A model generated the notes under the pieces. It was given only the letters and a program-made list of their open reading frames with translations, did not search any database and was not told where the DNA came from. From positions 4,209,447 through 4,273,446 of the forward strand of contig CAVNZM010000004.1 of assembly GCA_963693365.1 (NCBI GenBank): a DNA stretch of 64,000 bases. The letters are read 5' to 3'. This document shows positions 33,047 to 64,000 of this stretch, piece after piece (position 1 is the first letter of the stretch; each line of letters starts with the position of its first letter). Source of the DNA: Amoebidium appalachense. Its lineage: Eukaryota > Protista > Ichthyosporea. Made by a program: the position numbers and the translations under genes.

Positions 33047-33881
33047 AGTTTAGGAGGGGTTGGGGGTGATTTAACTGAGTCTAAGTGATGTTTGGGAGGG
33101 CATAGGGTGGTACAATAGAGATGAGGTAAAGTTCACAGGGACGAACTGATATTTTCGAGGGGGTGGTTAAACATAGATGCAGCGAATATCGAGAGGGTAG
33201 TGATGTAAGAGGGACACCAGCGGGTGTATATGGTAAGAATGAGCTGGCCTATATGGTTGTATGCATGTGCAGTTAGTGAACTTAAGCCGAACGAATTAGA
33301 AGAAGTGTGTGGGTAGAATGTCTTCATACTCTTCTCTTTTTTTGGTGGGGGGAGGGGGGGGAGAAGGGTTGAGGGATTGTGGGGGGGGGGGGGGGAGGGG
33401 GGGGGGAGGGAGGTGTTGGAGGAGGTGGGGGGGAGGGGGGGGGGGGGGGGGGGTAAACAGCGGGGGTGTATCGTGAATCCTGCCTAGTGTATTGCTTGTC
33501 GCATGTGCCATGGACGGGGACGTTTCACTAGAACAGATGGTGCATTAGGTAGCTCTGACATCATGAACATTCATCAACGTTTCGAATACCCATATGTACC
33601 CACGAATGATTCAGGCGTTTTTGTAAGTGTTGTTGACATTGGTGGCGATGGTTTTTCTAAGAACCAAAGTAAGTTATGTGTAGAGAGCTTGCTCGTCGAT
33701 TTGATGAGATGCAATCATATAAAGGAATAAAAAACATTTGAATATCACGGAGATCTGGGCATTGTTTGCCAACCCCCCTTTTCCCCCCTCCTCTCCCGCT
33801 TCCCCCGCTCCCTCCATACCCACCCCCCCCCCCCCCCCCCCCCCTGCATGCACGCACACACGCACACACACGCACACACAC

Positions 33882-33917
<36 letters not shown>

Positions 33918-34698
33918 CGCCGCGCCTGCGGCAAAAGCTTATCACTCTGATGGTTTAAGTGTGTGCACGAACCCTTGGAGCCTCAGGCGAGAAAGTTGAG
34001 GGAAAGGTGTGCACAGAAAGAGAGAAACCGTGTGTGTGTTGAGAACCTGGGCGGGAAGCGGGAGGGGGGGGAGGGGGGGGAGGGGGGGGGGGGGGGGGGG
34101 GGGGAAGCACTCCAAGCACGCATGCTCACGCGCAGAGTCACATATACATACAAAGTCCCGTAAGTGGATTTTAGTTACACACACAATCACATTCGAAAAC
34201 ACACAAAGCATATGTGTGCGTGGATGCAGGAAGTTCCCATTTCTATTTCTAAAAAGGACGTTCGACCAATGAAAAAAGAGATGGTTTTATTAAAACCGTC
34301 GCATATGTGCATCAGAATGAGCAGACCTGATCAGTTAGAAGCAGCCTCGCTAATCCAATGGACGTTGGCGTAAAAAAAAGGAAAGATAATAAACGAAAAA
34401 AGGCAAGTTAAAAAAAAGGGTTGTGCTATAGGTGCATGCACACAATATTCTGCTACTTAATCGTTGTCTGTGTGCATATGCCGGCCAAACCCATGCTTGC
34501 AGGGATCAAAAGTTTCGTTCTGCCTGCTGGCAGTGGTGTGGATGTATTGAGCTGATAGGTAAGAAGGGGTTGACGGGAAGAGTTGCCGTGGTGGTAGTGG
34601 TGGGCATGTATGTGTGTGTGTGTGTGTGTGTGTCAGACAAAAGCTTGCTTCTGAATTATTTCTGTAAATGCACAACGGAATATGCATGAAGGGTATGT

Positions 34699-34749
<51 letters not shown>

Positions 34750-35430
34750 AAGTGGAAGGGAGTGCTAGTAACTGTCGGAGAGGGAGAGACAGAAGTCCGG
34801 ATAAGGTTTTCTAGGGACTCAACAAGCGGAGGGGAAAAGAGCAGGAGAAGGAGAAGAGAGTCAAGATTGCCACATACATATGGCTGTAAGTGGATGCACA
34901 AATCATCCTTCAGACTATTCAATCACCATGACACGTTAGTTAACAGTCTAACATAAATCTTAATCACAAATATTCGAATAAAGTTTACAATACATTATGC
35001 TGTCCAGTACGTCCAGAAAGAACATCGAGAATGAAATTACACGATTGCCTTTGCTTCGTACAAGCCTTAGAAATATTATGCGAGATACGACAGGTGAATT
35101 ACCGAAACGTTGAGAAAATTGCTAATCTACTGTAACCCTAACAATGTATGGTGTGAAAAGAGCTTTGGACCTTTTGCCACAAACATAAATTAACCTAAAG
35201 GTACATTCATTATCTATCTGAATGTCCACGCCAATGACACGTAGCAAATGTACCAGACATTTGTCAACAACACAGTCGCAAACCATGATAGCGCCTGCAC
35301 TCCACTCCCATGCTTATATCCCCCCCCCCCTCTCCCCCCCCCCCCGGGGCCCCCTCCCCCCCCCTCCCCCCCCCCCCCCCCTCCCCCAACACACAAACAC
35401 CCCCCCCCCCCCCCCCCACCTCCCCCCATT

Positions 35431-46031
<10,601 letters not shown>

Positions 46032-46474
46032 CTTCTAGGCCAGCTGCTGGTGGCAAACCCACCGACATTTTGTGCAAGGCTTAAGTGAGAACCTAAAGTT
46101 TAGGACATGGCGAAAGCATGTAAGAGAGGTAGACGGATCCGCTTACCACAACTGCAGCGCTGCACTTCCCCCATGATTGACAGCCGTGGGTTGGACACTA
46201 TTACGTTTAGATGGCGGTTGCTGTGATTCTGTCCAGCGTGACAAGAATCAGGGCACATGAACTGCGCAAGTGCAGAAGCTCTGCCTACAAATTTCCCTTT
46301 CCTTCGAACTGCACTCTCCTTTTTGCTACGGTTTCTGTTTATCGCGTTCCTATCCTATACTCTTAGCATCTCTCTTCTCTCTTTGAAACTCGAGGAAAAC
46401 TGAAGGGGCAGTTTTGACGACTTGAAGGCCCGCAAAAAGCGAATCCTACGGAGGAGGGTAACGCAATATCACGA

Positions 46475-46488
46475 TTTTCCCGCCAAAA
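46475..46488. promoter_or_regulatory. E2F-type double site upstream of PCH2
   Basis: TTTTCCCGCCAAAA, overlapping TTTSSCGC-type motifs, ~450 bp upstream of the predicted ATG of a cell-cycle/meiotic gene. Confidence 0.45.
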
Positions 46489-48632
46489 ATAGTTTTCGTC
46501 GATTTCATTGGTGTACAGCCATTTGTATACTAGCAATTTCTTGGTTCTGCGCGCCCTGCGGGCCTGATGGCTCTGAAAGAAATTTAAACATTAGGCCCAA
46601 AGCGGCAACACAAGCTCGTAGGCATGCCACACTGAAAGACGTGAACACGCATACATACTCAAGCCCAGACACACACGCACACGAGCACATGTACGTACAT
46701 CTATATGCACGAATATCACGTGCACACGCGCACAAGTACAATGGCAAACACACCGCTACGGTACCGGTCCCACACACTGAGATCCCACACACACCCGCAC
46801 ACAGAGAGGCACACATAATTATAATCATAAAAACGTGCACGCCAGCACGCACACATTGTGAAACTGCTACAGAAACACACACACGCGCGGCACAGGATAT
46901 TTATTAGCATCCAACCACGGAAAACCAGGGAAACCAAGACGTGTGAAAAGAGATGCACCTGATGCATATGTTGAAAGGTTCACGGGAACATGTTGTTCCT
47001 ACAGCCTTCCAATCCACCCTCGTTGATTAATAATATTGGCAAAGCGCGCCATTCCTTGAATTGCACGCATTGCGCGAGAGTGGTCTCTTCAATGGCACTA
47101 CGGAGTACGGTGCAACGTGTGTCGCCAACACCGCACACACATGATATCCGACGCCACGCCGAAGTTCCCTCGAATGTGTTCCCTGTTTTTTGGCGCACGG
47201 ACCGCGTGGCAACACTAGTGCTCTGGTCGGCGTAGCCTCTAGATTCTACGTAGGCAGATCTACGCCTGCGGCCTGGCTGGCAGTGGCCGGGCCCCGGGGG
47301 GCGCCCGGCGCAGCCGCCAAGCTTGAGCTATCAGCGAGCTCAATGTGCTTTACTTACTGTATTGCATATTCATAAGGGACATAGAGTTAAACGAAAAAAA
47401 TGAGCCACAAACAACAGTCTGGCTGTGCACCTTTTTCCTGTTGCAATTTGTACATGTACGCGTGGGCACTGCGCACCATATTTAAATTTAGGCTCCAATT
47501 CTCGATTGGATTGGTTAACCTAAACCTCGAAGCGCGCCATTTCCGTCTTTCTGAAGCGCGCAATTCTGACTTTCCGCCAATCGCTGGAGCTCAGAGTCCC
47601 CCGACAGTGTAAAAGTGTGCAAACCGGGACAGAGTCTGAGCGCGCAGGTATGTGCACACTGTAAACACAGATACCACATACACACGTATATGCACACACG
47701 CACACACAAGCAGAATCAAAGGCACAGATACACACCCATGTATACACACGCACCGTGACACGCCGTGACATATGCACGGGGCCGGGGCGCAAATTCGGCC
47801 AGGACAGTCACTGAGTCGGCGATTCCATGTTATCATGCATGATATCCGCTGAGTCCGGGACAGCTGAGCCGCTGGGCCAATGGTAGGCCTGGCGGCCGTG
47901 AGGGCTGGGGAAGGTGGGAAGAAGTTTTACCTAAAGGGGCTTCCAAATACATGCTCACATAGTATTTTGTTTTTCACATGTACATGCAGCAGGGTGAAGA
48001 TCAGCGATGTAATTCCTATCACATACAAGTGCACACCAAAGATACAAAATTTCAGGAATAAATGGGGACACGATATACGAGACAGAGCACTAATTCGCAC
48101 CCAAGTGCAGCTGAAACCGTCACGATCAGATCAGGTTTGTAAGGCTGTGAAGAAACAATCACATCATCATCAACTCTAGCATTACACATACCTTTCTTTT
48201 TGAACCATTGAACTAGAATACGAAACCGTGACATACGATATTGGAGACAACCATATGCTTTTACATTCAAATACACCAACCGTTCATTCATACACCTAGC
48301 CATCTCCTACTAGGCTACCAAAAGGTCATTGCAAGGCTCTCTTAATCCGTCACAGGAAGAAAGCAGCCGTCATCAATATCAGACACATTCGAAAAACATT
48401 ATTAGTTTACCAGTCCATACACACGTGTAGATATCGAGTGACAAATAAAAGGCATATCATAATGGCTTAGACACACGGAATTGTGATTCCTTTCGATGTA
48501 GCTATATACATGTAAAAACAGACACACTGTGCTTCTGATGGTCCGAAAAGTGAAAGTGCATTAGAGAAAACAATGAAAGAATAGGGAGTGGGGTAGTGTC
48601 GCTAGCCAAAATGCTCCACTCCCTCTTCATAC

Positions 48633-64000
<15,368 letters not shown>

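Overview
Eukaryotic, intron-rich genomic DNA. The gene set and promoter motifs suggest a unicellular relative of animals or a similar protist (inference). Introns are saturated with long G/C homopolymers and (CA)n/(TG)n tracts, so nearly all six-frame ORFs are artefacts; genes were rebuilt by hand from GT-AG junctions and phase checks. Left to right: a possible spliced ORF leaving the left edge; a non-coding host transcript carrying three intronic box C/D snoRNAs with guides to LSU rRNA; an intronless M20 peptidase (PM20D1-like) head-to-head with GSTZ1; a 14-exon double-PHD/MYST acetyltransferase; a GT8 glycosyltransferase with an in-frame TAG; PCH2/TRIP13; and the 3' part of WASHC4. The last WASHC4 intron holds a full-length Ty1/copia element with apparently identical 765-bp LTRs, inserted in a poly-C tract. 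Most notable: repeated 'echo' copies of real splice junctions inside the neighbouring intron, 3' splice sites made of (CA)n-G with no pyrimidine tract, the snoRNA host, and the copia element (Gag starting in the LTR, extra CHHC knuckles, frameshifts at homopolymers).
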